Source of the DNA: the human T2T-CHM13v2.0 reference genome, Homo sapiens
NCBI GenBank assembly: GCA_009914755.4
Contig: CP068257.2
Span: forward strand, 41,504,001-41,568,000
DNA length: 64,000 nt
Direction of reading: 5' to 3'
Of this stretch, positions 1-21,612 are shown piece by piece. Numbering within the stretch: the first letter of the stretch is position 1; each line of letters begins with the position of its first letter. A program made the position numbers and the translations under genes. The notes below the pieces were generated by a model. It was not told the origin of the DNA. It saw nothing but the letters and a program-made list of their open reading frames with translations, and did no database searches.

Positions 1-722
<722 letters not shown>

Positions 723-853
723 GCAAGATTTCTTTTTCTGAGCTGTCTTTAGAGTGGTTCTGACGCTTAGGAAGACTGCTTTGCATTTCTTTGGAGATGC
801 TTGGTTCAGCCTTGGTTAAGTCATGACCTTCGTTATGCCATTACCTTGGTTAA

Positions 854-1388
<535 letters not shown>

Positions 1389-2277
1389 TAATAAGTTGGA
1401 TAAAGTGTTTATAAAAAGTTAAAAGTAGGCCCTCAAGCAGGTAAAGTAGGCTTGCTTCTTTTCAGAGCTATCCATGCTGATTCCAGGCATAGAGAATGCC
1501 TCCTTTGCCCTATTCATTAAAGGGCTTCACCCTGAAGTCAGTAATCTAATAGAGAAACAAGCTAAGTTGAAAAGACCCTGTGATGGTTAATATTAGCTGT
1601 CAACCTGATTGGATTGAAGGATGGTAAAGTATTGTTCTTGGGTGTGTTGTGAGGGTGTTGCCAGAGGAAATTGACATTGGAGTCAGTGGACTGAGAGAGG
1701 AAGACCCACCCTCAGTGTGGGTGGGCACCATCCGATTGGCTGACAGTGTGGCTGGAACAAAGCAGGTGGAGGAGGGTGGGAGAAGCTGGCTTGCTGAGTC
1801 TTCTGGCTTTTGTAGCCACCCAGTGAGTTCACCTAGCCGGCTGCCTAGATGGAGCGGATTTATCAGGACAGGGGAATTGCAATGCAGAACGAGTAATTTA
1901 CACAGAGCTAGCTGTGCGGGCGACTGGAGTTTTATTATTACTCAAATTAGACATCCCAAGAATTTGCAGATCAGAGTTTTTAAAGATAATTTGGCGGCTC
2001 AGGAAGTAGGAGTGCTGATTGATCTGGCTGGAGATGGAATCACAGGGAGGTCAAAGTGAGGTTTCCTTGCTGTCTTCTGTTCCTGGGTACAATGGCAGAA
2101 CTGGCTGAGCCAGATAGCCGGTCTGTGTGGTATCAGCTGATCCATAGAGTACAGGGTCTTGCAGAATAAATACCTCAAGCACTGATCTTCGGATTACAAT
2201 GGTGATGTTATCCCCAGGAGCAATTTCGGGAGGTTTGGACAGCCAGAGGCTGGATGACCTTTAAATCAAAATTTCTT

Positions 2278-2700
2278 TTTTTTTTTTTCAAAGAAGCCCC
2301 ATTTTATTACAGAGAGCATACAAAGCCGTTTCCTCATAAGGAAAAGTACAGCTTCCCTTCTCCAGGGTGACAGATGAGCCTTTTCTGAAGTTCTCAGCTT
2401 TCTCTTCTATCGATATTTCCCATGTCAGTTAAAGTGTTTGTAGAGACAGCTGATGCGTTTATTGAGGTTGTGCAGCTCATCAGCAAACATTCTGTTTCCA
2501 ACCATTTTCTTCTTTAGCATACAGCGTTGCAATTCATTCCCCTTCCAATCTCGAAGCCATATGGGGTCCCTGATCAGCTTTTGGGGTGCTTTTCAAAGTT
2601 TCCCAGGATCCTGATGTTGTCATACACTCTGAACATGGCCATCCTTTCGTTCCAAGGATCAACTACTTTGGGGGGTAGGAGCCTTATACCAATCAATCTA
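2278..2700 (-). pseudogene. probable processed pseudogene (retrocopy) 3' fragment; parent gene not identified
   Basis: 13-nt genomic poly-T at 2278-2290 (a polyA tail on the minus strand). An AATAAA signal lies 16 nt upstream of it in minus-strand sense (tttatt at ~2296). Then ~140 nt of 3'UTR-like sequence and an open frame ending ...[31 protein letters not shown] +1 frameshift upstream continues as ...[30 protein letters not shown]. No introns are visible. Confidence 0.4.
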
Positions 2701-3609
2701 GGAATACCAAGAAAGAAGCTTCTGCATGCCACACCTAGTCCCACAGGCGCCTACCTGCCCTACATAAGAGGCTCCCTGCCATTTCTCTAGTCTGCCCCTT
2801 CAACAGCACACCAAATAAGCCCAAGAATGAGGACCAGATGTGGCCTTCAAGAAGACAACAGGAACCGTCCCTGTCGACTTCACACGGGTACTAACGTGAA
2901 GGCAGCCACCTTGGGCCTTAAAATTTCTAATCTTGTAGCTAATTTGTTACTCCTACAAAGGCAGACTGGTTCCTAGGCAAGAAGGGGATCTTTCTGGGAA
3001 ATGGCTATTATCAATTTTGTTTCAGAGTCAAACTATAAGCTAAATTCCTTCCCAAGGTTAGTTGGCCTGTGCCCAGGCATGAACAAAGACAGCCTAAAGG
3101 TTAGAAGCAAGATGGAGTCAGGTAGGTCTGATCTCTTTCACTGTCATCATTTCCTCAGTTGTAATTTTTGCAGAGGCAGTTTCACTTTCATCTTTCTCCT
3201 GTGCTGGATGCCTCCTCCGTTCCCCCTGCCCTTGGACATCAGACTCCAGGTTCTTTGGCCTTTGGACTCTTGGACTTAAGCCAGTGGTTTGCTTGGGACT
3301 CTCGGGCCTTCAGCCACAGATTGAAGCCTGCACTGTTGGCTTCCCTACTTTTGAGGCTTTTGGACTCCGACTGAGCCACTCCTGGCTTCCTTCTTCTGCA
3401 GCTTGCAGACGGTGTATCATGGGACTTCACCCTGTGATGGTGTGAACTAGTTCTCCCTAATATACTCCCTTTCATATATATGTCTATTCTGTTAGTTCTG
3501 CCCCTCTGGAGAACCCTAACTAATGCAGACCCTTGTGTAACTTTGATATCCAAAATATGGCTTTCTAGCATTTAGCTGGCTATTTTGAAACTCTTTGTAA
3601 AAAAAATTT

Positions 3610-4690
3610 ATATATATGAAGGAAATCTCCATTTGTAAGGGTGTCTCCCTCCCTGCACCCAAACTGCTAGAAACTGAAGATGGGGAAGACATTGGCTGAA
3701 GACACTGTCTTACAGTTTACATCACAGACCTTGCCTTCGGTGGAAATACTTTTCCTGGCAACCTCGTCTTCACTAGGTGTAGGGACCAGCCCCACAGGAT
3801 CGGTGGGTTTTTCTCCCCATGTGCAGAGACGAGAGATTGTAGAAATAAAGACACAAGACAAAGAGATAAAAGGAAAGACAGGTGGGCCTGGGGGACCACT
3901 AACACCAAGATGCGGAGACCGGTAATGGCCCCGAATGTCTGGCTGCGTTGTTATTTATTGGATACAAAGCAAAAGGGGCAGGGTAAAGAGTGTGAGTCAT
4001 CTCCAATGATAGGTAGGGTCACGTGGGTCACGTGTCCACTGGACAGGGGGCCCTTCCCTGCCTGGCAGCCAAGGCAGAGAGGGGGAGAGAGAGAGACAGC
4101 TTGCGCCATTATTTCTGCATATCAGAGACTTTTAGTACTTTCACTAATTTGCTACTGCTATCTAGAAGGCAGAGCCAGGTGTACAGGATGGAACACGAAG
4201 GCGGACTAGGAGTGTGACCACTGAAGCACAGCGTCACAGGGAGATGGTATGCCTTCGGATAACTGAAGGTGGGCCTGAGGCCCTCCACAAGAGATGGAGG
4301 AGTAGAGTCTTCTCTGAACTCCCGTGGGGAAAGGGAGACTCCCTTTCCCGGTCTGCTAAGTAGCCGGTGTTTTTCCTTGACACTGACGCTACTGCTAGAC
4401 CATGGTCCGCTTGACAACAGGCGTCTTCCCAGACGCTGGCGTTACCGCTAGACCAAGGAGCCCTCTGGTGGCCCTGTCCGGGCATAACAGAAGGCTCGCA
4501 TGCTTGTCTTCTGGTCACTTCTCACTATGTCCCCTCAGCTCCTGTGTCTGTATGGCCTGGTTTTTCCTAGGTTATGATTGTAGAGCGAGGATTATTGTAA
4601 TATTGGAATAAAGAGTAATTGCTACAAACTAATGATTAATGATTTTCATATATAATCATGTCTATGATCTAGATCTAGTATAACTCTTGT
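3610..4690 (+). mobile_element. ERV1-class LTR, LTR12-like (HERV9 LTR), probably a solo LTR
   Basis: motifs recalled from LTR12: agagattgtagaaataaagacacaagacaaagagataaaag...ggtcacgtgggtcacgtgtccactggacagggg...ctttcactaatttgctactgctatctagaaggcagagccaggtgtacaggatggaacacgaaggcggactaggagtgtgaccactgaagcacagcgtcacagggagat. The family call is from memory, not a search. Confidence 0.45.
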
Positions 4691-5180
4691 TGTTTTATAT
4701 ATTTTATTATACTGGAAAAGCTCGTGCCCTCGGTCTCTTGCCTCGGCACGTAGGTGGTTTGCCGCCCACAACTAGGCTTTTACCTACACCCTTCTTCCTT
4801 GGTTTGAATTCAGCTCTGTGCTTTTGAGATGTGAATTTTTTCTACTTTGTTTCACCTCAGTCATCCCTTTAGAAGTGCCAATTTAGTGTTGCCTAGCTAA
4901 CAGTTGCTTAGGGATCATGTAAAAGGGGGAAATAAAAACTATTTGAGAGCATAATCAGGTTAAGTATTAATGCTAAAACTTACTTTACAAGTTAGTTGGT
5001 CTTGCTAAGATTTCTCTTTGGTAGAAATGGGGAATTGGAGAGAAGATTCTTTATAAAAACTATAAGATCTGCTTCTGTCTGTATGTCTATATGTTTATAT
5101 GTGTCATGTGTATGTGATATTTCACTACCAAAATATATGAAAAAGCTATAATTAATTGGCTTAAAGAAGGGACTGCTTGG

Positions 5181-5470
5181 CTGGGTGCAGTGGCTCACAC
5201 CTGTAATCCCAGCACTTTGGGAGGCGAAGGTGGGTGGATCATGAGGTCAGGAGATCGAGATCATCCTGGCTAACATGGCGAAACCCCATCTCTACTAAAA
5301 ATACAAAGAAAAATTAGCCAGGCGTGGTGGCAGGCGCCTGTAGTCCCAGCTACTCAGGAGACTGAGGCAGGAGAATGGCGTGAACCTGGGAGGCGGAGCT
5401 TGCAGTGAGCCAAGATCGCGCTACTGCACTCCAGCCTGGGTGACAGAGGGAGACTGAGTCTAAAAAAAAA
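5181..5470 (+). mobile_element. Alu SINE (AluY/S-like), full length
   Basis: ggctgggtgcagtggctcacacctgtaatcccagcactttgggaggc...gagactgagtctaaaaaaaaaa. Confidence 0.9.
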
Positions 5471-5569
5471 AGCACAGTGATGCTAGGCCAGAGTCTGGGC
5501 CCCTGTGTCTGAACAGTAGGTTTTCTTGGAGTATTGGTGTGCTCTTTAATAGAAAATTGTAAGAGTTGG

Positions 5570-5665
5570 GCCGGGCATGGTTGTTCATCCTTGTAATTCT
5601 AGCACTTTGAGGCCATGAGATTGAGACCAGCCTGGGTAGGATAGTGAGACCCTATCACTGTTATT
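5570..5665 (+). mobile_element. Alu/FLAM fragment
   Basis: ggccgggcatggttgttcatccttgtaattctagcactttgaggcc...gagaccagcctgggtagg. Confidence 0.7.
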
Positions 5666-5824
5666 TTAAAAATTAGGAAAAAGAAAATTGTAAGAGTTTA
5701 TAAAAGGTTTTTGGGAATCTTACTTTGTATGGTCAAAGCTGCCTGAGAATGGACGATTGATAATACACTAATATAAAAGTTAAATCTTGTTTTCTCTGTT
5801 GAATAAGAATTTCATGTTGTGTTA

Positions 5825-6132
<308 letters not shown>

Positions 6133-6283
6133 AAAAGATTTGTTTACCTTTTGAATAAACTGCAAAAAAAGGGGGCTGGGAGAATTTGCCTCATGCTATC
6201 TTTATTATGTCTCTTGATTGGGAACTGAGTCTCTGCTCTATTTTAGAGTAAAAGAGTTGCTCTTTGAAATCTTTATTTATTTT

Positions 6284-9075
<2,792 letters not shown>

Positions 9076-9501
9076 CGTAAACCACTTTTCGAAAAGAATC
9101 AAAGTAAAACAGTAATTGTCTACGGATGACAAAAGACTTATAGTAGCCATAGTTAAAGATGCCTGTGACAAGGAAAATTGGTTATTTCTGTGGCATCTAA
9201 CAATGTAACATCATAATCATAATTATGACTGATAACATATACCAGGACATATCAAAATTTTAGAAATCTCATATGATTTTGGAACAAATATTAATCACAC
9301 ATTTATACTTGTGTGATACACATATAACTCAAAGAAAGTTAAACGCTATTGTTTATTTGACAATGCTTCCTGTATGATTCTAACATACCGAGTAAGCCTA
9401 CTATTTGGATTTCCAGGAGTTTCTATTTGTTATGTCCAGGTTATGTCCACATTAGTTCAGGTCAAAAAGACTTAATTTTAGAATTTGAAATTTGATTTTT
9501 G

Positions 9502-9800
9502 GCTGGGTACAGTGGCTCACACTGGTAATCCCAGCACATTGGGAAGCCAAGGAAGGCAGATCGCTTGAGCCCAGGAGTTCAAGATCAGCCTGGACAATAT
9601 GATCAAGCCTCATCTCTAAAAAAAGAATTTAAAAATTAAGCTGAGTGTGGTGGCGTGCATCTGTAGTCTCAGCTGCTCTAGAGGCTGAGGTGGGAGTACT
9701 GCTTGAGCCCAGGAGGGAGAGGTTACAGTGAGCCATGACTGTGCCACTCCAGCCTGAGTAAAAGAGTGAGACCCTATCTCAAAAAACAAAAAAAAAATTG
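9502..9800 (+). mobile_element. Alu SINE, full length
   Basis: ggctgggtacagtggctcacactggtaatcccagcacattgggaagcc...gagaccctatctcaaaaaacaaaaaaaaaa. Confidence 0.9.
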
Positions 9801-9854
9801 ATTTTGGGAAGTATGTCAAATATCAAAGGTTTAAAACATTTGATATCAAAATAT

Positions 9855-10157
9855 GGCCAGACACAGTGGCTCACGCCTATAATCACAGCACTTTGGGAGG
9901 CCGAGGTGGGTGGATCACCTGAGGTCATGAGTTCAAGACCAGCCTGACCAACGTGGCAAAACCCTATCTCTACTAAAAATACAAAAATTACCCAGGTGTG
10001 ATGGTGCACACCTGTAATCCCAGCTAGTTGGGTGGCTGAGGTAGGAGAATCATTTGAATCCAGGAGGCGGAGGTTGTAGTGAGCTGAGATCACACCACTA
10101 CACTCCAGACTGGGTGACAGAGCGAGATTCCATCTAAAAAAAAAAAAAAAGGAAAAA
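9855..10157 (+). mobile_element. Alu SINE, full length
   Basis: ggccagacacagtggctcacgcctataatcacagcactttgggaggccgaggtgggtgg...gagattccatctaaaaaaaaaaaaaaaa. Confidence 0.9.
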
Positions 10158-10199
10158 AGAAAACATTTGATATCAAAATAGGATCACAGGTCTGTGTAA

Positions 10200-11440
<1,241 letters not shown>

Positions 11441-11686
11441 ATCAGCTGCAGTCCAAAGTTTATCTTTTCTTCAAGGAAATTCATGGAAAGGACACTGAGA
11501 AGTACTCTTGAATACAGGTTTCTAATAAACTTAGAGATCATACCATTGGACTAGGTAAAAACTTCCACAACACTAATGAAAAACTGATGCATTCATGAAG
11601 ATTTCTAATCCAGCATCAGGCATTACAATAATTAATTACACCGGACTGAAATTATTTTTATGACTTTTTTGTTGGAACATTGCTAA

Positions 11687-12051
<365 letters not shown>

Positions 12052-12965
12052 TAAAATATATTTTTGTGAGCAAAATTGAAGCATTTATCTTTCTACCTGA
12101 TTTCTCCAGAATTCAGAAACTATGAATGAGTATTCTTATTTTATTGTAATATAATTATTTGCATAATTTTAGTAAAAAATTTTTTTCCTTTGTTAACAGA
12201 ACACAATTGAAGGCACTGGTTATTCTAGCAAGGCTTTGACTGGAATGGCATATTTTCAGATATGACCAGACTGCTCTGAGGAATTCAGGTTGGCTTTATA
12301 GAGTCAATAAAAAGCTACCTGGAAAGAGTGGCCATGTACCTTATCTATACAGTTCCCTTACAAGGTTCCTGATCTTGAGGTAAGTAAATAATGTCCCTTT
12401 CTGACAGGCCCAGGAACCTCAAATATTTTGGGGCCTTGAGAAAAGAGGAACTCACCCAGTTCATGCAGGTGTTACAGGCACAATCTGAAGATGAATCTTT
12501 GGCTTTTTAAAGCCTCAGATTAAAAAGTCTAATCTGAAATTCTCTATGAAAATTCCTTCAAAGCCAACTTGAAAAGAACCTTTATGATCAGTCATTATTC
12601 TTGTTCCACTTTATGCAAATAATGAAGCTGAATATAATGCTAAAACTTATTTTACAAGTAACTTGGTCCCACTAAGATTTATCTTTGGTAGAAATGGGGA
12701 ATCTGAGAGAGAAAAATTATGTTTCAGAAGAAAACGATTTTATACCTATTGATAGATTCCAGCCCTGATGATTGTTTCTGAGTTTTTGTTATTTTCCTGC
12801 AATCCTTAATTATTTCCTGGCTACAACAAGTCTTTAAAGAAGGTCTGGGTTTTAATTTTCTTTATGATGTTTTTAGTTCACTCATAAATTGAATTGTTTT
12901 CTTCTGTTCTGGCATACACATTTCTTTCTGATTATAATTCTTATGTGTATTATATTTCTACTATG

Positions 12966-12982
12966 TATCTCTCTCTCTCTCT
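12966..12982. repeat. (CT)n microsatellite adjoining an Alu poly-T
   Basis: ctctctctctctctc. Confidence 0.9.
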
Positions 12983-13300
<318 letters not shown>

Positions 13301-13877
13301 TAGTTCCCCTAAGAAAACCAAATTCATGGTATTCTGAAGACTAGAGATGATTCAACAGGCAACAGCAGTTATATAAATTGATGACTTGGCTGAGGTCTCA
13401 TTTTTGCCACCCTGTGATGCCATCCCAATTTGGCTTTTGGCTTTCTTCAGATTCCTCACTGAGAGGTATCCTTCCCTGATATAATTTGGATATTTGTCCT
13501 CACCCAAATCTGATATTGAAATATAATCCCCAACATTGGAGGTGGGGCCTGGTGGAGGTGGTTGGCTCACGGTGGTGGATTTCTCACGAATGGCTTAGCA
13601 CCCTCCCTTTGGTGCTGTCCTCGTGATAGTGAGTTCTCATGAGATCTGGTCTTTTAAAAGTGTGTGGCACCTCACCTGCCACTCTCTCCCTCTTTCTCTC
13701 TTGTTCCTGCTTTCCCTTTGTGACATGCCCACTCTCCCTTTACCTTTTGCCCTGATTGTCAGCTTCCTAAGGCCTTCCTAGAAGCTGAACAGATGCCAGC
13801 ACCATACTTCCTGTAAAGCCTGCAGAACCATGTGCCAATTAAACCTCTTTTCTTATATATTACCCAATCTCAGGTAT

Positions 13878-13922
13878 TTCTTATTTTTATTTATTTATTT
13901 ATTTACTTATTTATTTATTTTC
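13878..13922. repeat. (TTTA)n/(TTA)n AT-rich microsatellite
   Basis: ttatttttatttatttatttatttacttatttatttatttt. Confidence 0.85.
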
Positions 13923-13927
13923 ATGCA

Positions 13928-14212
13928 AGATAGGTTCTTACTCTGTCACCCAGGCTAGAGTACAGTGGCATGATCATGGCTCACGGCAGCCTTCTCCTCC
14001 CGAGGCTCAGGTGATTCTCCCACCTCAGCCTCCCGAGTGACTGAGACTACAGGCATGTACCACCATGCCTGGCTAATTTTTTTTGAATTTTTAGTAAAGG
14101 TGAGGTTTTGTCATGCTGCCCAGGCTGGTCTCAAACTCCTGGGCTCAAGCCATCTGCCCACCTCGGCCTCCCAAAGTGTTGTGATTACAGGCGCGAGCCA
14201 GTGCAGCCAGCT
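13928..14212 (-). mobile_element. Alu SINE (older, diverged)
   Basis: gttcttactctgtcacccaggctagagtacagtggcatgatcatggctcac...ctcccaaagtgttgtgattacaggcgcgagcc. Confidence 0.85.
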
Positions 14213-14504
14213 GGTTATTTCTCTATAGCAATGCAAGAATGGCTTAATACATCTCTCCTCCCCTACATGGGACAAGGCCATCTGATAATTAACCTTCCTA
14301 GCAACTCAGGACTAAGCTCCTGAACATAAAGGGAGCCAAAACAATTTGCATTTTTCTATGAGGCCTTCTTTGAAAGGTCTTGATGAAAAGGGGAGAAATG
14401 GGGAAAAAAATAGCACAGAGCAGTCTGAGCTATGTGAGGTGTGCCAAAGTTATCAGGCCCAGAGAGACAGGAGAGTGGGGCTTTTTGTTTTGTTTTTGTT
14501 TGAG

Positions 14505-14744
<240 letters not shown>

Positions 14745-14939
14745 TCAGGGGAACTTGAATCTAGGCTCCCAGGTGGCCATCCTTAAGCTTTGGGCTTGAA
14801 TAAACTTTGTACTTAATCATAGTTTCTAAATCTCATTATTTAAAGTCGAGAATTCATTCCTCCCTTCATCTGTTCATTCATATGTCTGTCCTTTCACCCA
14901 CCAATCCGCTCATCTAGCCATCCACCCATTTGTCTGTTA

Positions 14940-15110
14940 GTCCGTCCATCCATCCATCCATCCATCCACTCACCCAGACATCCATCCATCCATCCATCTG
15001 TCCTTTCACCCACCCATTTATTCATCCATTCATCCATCCATCTATCCATCCCACTGAGTCATTCATCCATCTATCCATCCATCCATCTGTCCGTCCATCC
15101 ATCTTATATT
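14940..15110. repeat. imperfect (ATCC)n/(CATC)n tetranucleotide microsatellite
   Basis: ccatccatccatccatccatccactcacccagacatccatccatccatccatctg... The spurious ORF 14930-15127 translates it as IHPSIHP repeats. Confidence 0.9.
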
Positions 15111-16003
15111 TTGGGGGGCATGTCTGATGTGTCAGATACTGTGGCAGGTGCACAGACACAAATTCGGAAGACAGATCTCCACTTAGAAGTGTGCCAGGCA
15201 CCTCAGCTCAACATATCTCCAGCTGACTTCATTTTATCCTTCTCCTCCCATCTCTTGACGTTCTGTTCAAGCATTTAGTAAATGCCAGTCATCTATAGCC
15301 TGAGCCCACCTGGGTTGCCCTAAGTTGTCTGATTCACATCCATTCTAATTCCTTGGCTTCTCTCAACCATGTCTGCTCCTTTTCCTCCTCTTGGCCATTC
15401 CTGAGTGTACCTGGATCACTACAGCAGTATCTATGCTGTTTCCTCCTTTTCTAGGTGACCATTTGTCCTTCTGCCAGAGGGCTCTGTGGGAAATACAGAT
15501 TCGATCCTGCTGTTTCTTACTGGGAACCCTCCATGGCTCCCAGTCCCTGGAATGTGCCGGGCAACTTTCAGCTCTTGGTCGTGGGAGCCTCCTGCCTGTG
15601 CACAGTGTGTTCTTCCAGGACCCATGCCCACTCCCTCCTTCCCAGCATTCCAGTTTGGCCCTTGAGGCCTCCTTGGAGTCATCCCCCTCCCAGATGTGCA
15701 ATGCATTTTGGGTTCTCAACAGCTTCCCCTCCTTACCTGCAAAGGTTGAACAGACCTGGATCTGCTATCCTGCTTTGCCACTTCCTGCTGCATGACCTGC
15801 ATTATGAAGTTCTCTAGACTCAGGGTTTCCATTGGCTAATAGGATCAGCCAACCTGCCTTTGAGGAGTGGACGAAGCTTGGCACTTAGTAGGTGCCCATG
15901 AGGCATCAGAAACTGCCCTTGTTGAATGATGCTCTAATGCGGTGTTGACATCTCTGTCCTACTAGACTGGGGTTGCTTTGAGGACTCCAATTCTGTCTTT
16001 TCA

Positions 16004-16741
<738 letters not shown>

Positions 16742-16823
16742 TCAAGAAGTGTCATGGTGTAAAACAATCTGCATAGCTGTGGTGGAAAGGCTTCTTTCCT
16801 GATCAGGAAACAGCTGAAAATTA

Positions 16824-17168
<345 letters not shown>

Positions 17169-18990
17169 TCAGAACAAGTTTGTGTAGCTGATGAGTCAGG
17201 CAGCTTCACCTGTGCTCCTTTCTAGACAGGCAGGATGGTTGCGGAGAGTCACAACAGGCGTCCAGGAGGAAAGGCACGAGATGATGCTGGCCAAAGCTAG
17301 TTGTGGTTGGAAAAAGCCACTGGTGTGAACGGTGTATGCTAGTATGCAAGGGAACATATACTGGGAACTCGAGCCATGTTTTCTGCATGGTTTAATAATC
17401 CTTTGTATCAGTGCCAGGAATTCACTGCAGATAAGCTGGTCTGGAAGAAAAACGAACATTTTGTTATTTCTGCACAGCTGCTCCACACATTCCTTTCCTG
17501 AAAGTCTTTTGAAAAGCAATGTTTCTGACATTTACTTTCCACGATTTGTGAAGGGAGTTTTACACTCCAATAAGAGTGAATATAAATGATTTTTTGGGGG
17601 GAAGGGGGAATCCTGCCATTAACAGAAAGCAGGGCTTCCTGACTAAGTTCACTCACAAGGCTGCCATTCACACAGTCACAAATGCTCGGACAGGATGGAC
17701 AGTTCCACTAACGTGCGCTTGGTTGACTGTGTGAACCCCAACCATTTGAGACAGGCCTCAGTTAATTTAGAAAGTTTATTTTGCCAAGGTTGAGGACGTG
17801 TACCCGTGACATGGCCTCAGGAGGTCCTGACAACATGTGCCCAAGGTGGTCGGAGCACAGCTTGGTTTTAGACACTTTGGGGAGACCTGAGACATCAGTT
17901 AACACATGTAAGATGAACATTGGTTTGGTCCGGAAAGGTGGGACAACTCAAAGCAAAAGCGGAACTCAAAGCCGGAGGGGGCTTCCAGGTCATGGGTAGA
18001 TAAGAGACAAGTGGTCGCATTCTTTTGAGCTTCTGATGAGCCCCTCCAAAGGAAGCAATCAGATATGCATTTATCTCAGTGAGCAGAGGGGTGACTTGCA
18101 GTAGAAAGGGAGGCAGGTTTGCTATAAGCAGCTCCCAGTTTGACTTTTCCCTTTAGCTTCGTGATTTTGGGGGCCCAAGAGATTTTCCTTTCACAACTGC
18201 ACGAGCACTTTGACCTAAAACAATTCTTGAAACCGAACCTGGAGATAAAGCCCATCTATGGCAGAAGAAGGTGATAGCAAACCGCATTATTGACCCTCAA
18301 AGTTTATCAACCAAAAGTGGAGTCAGGAGAAAGTCACAGAGAAGAGATGCTGAACCTAGAAATGGGGCACCTATTGTGCCTGCCTCGCATGATGGAGAAA
18401 TTGCTGGAATCGACTGAATACCAGTGACAATGGGAGGGGAAATGTCGGGGAGATGTGGACCCTGGGGAGTCCCCACAGACTATCTGGCAATATCTGTGGC
18501 CTGCTAACTGCTGGCTTCAAGGACATTTATCAGTGAGCAGGAGGACCCCTGAATTAGAGAGATGCTTAGGTGTGGCACTGGTGTTGTGGGAGGAAGTGCC
18601 GAGAAGCCCATTGACACGGTGCTGCCCCAGGACTTCAGAGACTCTTCAATCCATCCTCCATGCTGCCTCCAGCCCCATGACCTCAGCAATGTATCACTGC
18701 TGTGCTCCCTTTCCCAAGACCCCCAAGCAGCCAGATGTAGCCTGATTCATTACATGTATGCATACAGGTGTCAATCTAAAATAGTCAAAAGGGCCAGAAT
18801 CTAGTTTAAGGAGAGTTTATTCAAGTGCAAGGTTTAAGTCCAGCCATCCAGGAAGCACAGATTCCAAAGAATGGAAGTCAGTGTTCTGAAGTATAGAAGT
18901 TTGGGACCATGTATATAGATAAAGTTTATGGAAGCTTACCAGAATTTCAACATCTTTAGGCTTTAATGCATAGTTACAATGGTCTGATTA

Positions 18991-19875
<885 letters not shown>

Positions 19876-20423
19876 AATATGACAATATGACTTTGCAGCG
19901 TTTCAGAACATCAATAACTTTGCAGTTCTTCATGTTTCTCCTAGTCATGTCCAGAACAAGGACCCTGGGGAAGAGAGTTAAGCTGTAATCTAAGAAGCAG
20001 AATTTGCAAATATGCTACTGACTCAGTCTCCAGGGCTTAACATCCCCTTTGACATAATAAATTTAGAGGGTCCTGAAATTTTATTTGCTTTTAAACGACT
20101 TTTTTTCTTTCACAGACATTTGGCTTCACTTGAACCTGTGTTTGAAGCTTTAGTGAACATTGTCTTTGGGAGTAAGAAGTACTAGAAAATTTATGGTATG
20201 TGGTTATCTTGCTATTTCATGAACTACTGTATTACTATATAAATCAGCTGGAAGCAAGCTGTAATCCTGTTTATGGGATATTTGTTCCACTTACCATGAT
20301 GAATTTGGCTGCAGAAATATCAGTATATTTGCCTTTGGAGTCCTGCCTCAGACCCCTGATGAGGGCTATGCAATCTATAGTACTTGCTTTTATTTGTTTA
20401 TTCTGCTGTAAATGGTTTGTTTG

Positions 20424-20740
<317 letters not shown>

Positions 20741-21524
20741 TGTTTGAATGTTTTGTTTGCGAAAATAGCCTTAATTTTCCCTTCACTGTTTCCATGCACC
20801 TTAGAAATAGGACTTCGTAGCCGGTTGTGGTCATACACACCTACGGTCCCAGCTACTTGCAAGGCTGAGGTGGGGGTGTGGCAGGCCAGGTCTCACTAAC
20901 ACAGGCCTCCATAACAACTGTTTCAGTACTGACCAAGTGGTAAAGTTAAATATTAAAAGCTGAAAGAGCCAGCGCCCTTATACAAAGGCTGGAATGTAAC
21001 AAAAGCCCACCAAGAGTTTTGCCCAGGCCTTTCCTGGGCTTTAAAGCATGAAGAGATAACAAAGGAATTCTTAACAGGACCCATTTAGGATTAAACAAAT
21101 TTTATTGGGGGTCTGAAGAAACTCCCCAGGCCTCCACAAACAGGCTTTACTGGAGACTAAAGGAACTCCCCAAACCTCCATGACTTAGCAGGAGGCCAGA
21201 TCCGGGTTTTCACCCCAGCACCTGGACCCAGCTAGGTTAATTAAATTCACTGAGGCTCCGGAGGAAGGTCTTCTGGACTCAGATCTTAGTTATGGATTAG
21301 AAGTTAATCACTTATGTCTTTAGATGGATGCACACTCACACGTAGACACACAGCTGAGAAGGTATAGAAGCTCTGGAAAACGCTGTCATTTTAAGTTGGT
21401 CTGGTGATAATTTCCAGGCCTTCTCTCTGTAACTGGTTACAGAAATAAAAACTCCCTTCTCTCCTAGTTCATCTGCATCTTGTCACTGGGACATGAGCAT
21501 AGGTGGTCTACCTTCAGTTTGGTC

Positions 21525-21612
21525 TGTGAACAGGAGGATTACTTGAGCTCAGGAGTTCTAGTCCAGCCTGGGCAACAGAGCAAGACCCTGTCTCAAAAAG
21601 AAAGAAAGAAAT
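21525..21612 (+). mobile_element. Alu-monomer-like fragment, uninterrupted paralogue of 19478-19875
   Basis: aggaggattacttgagctcaggagttctagtccagcctgggcaacagagcaagaccctgtctcaaaaagaaagaaagaaa. Confidence 0.7.

Noticed and set aside
14930-15127. ORF 14930-15127 ([16 protein letters not shown]...) as a repetitive protein
   Set aside because: It is a translation of the (ATCC)n microsatellite; the same holds for the MDGWMDGWM ORF at 38177-38419
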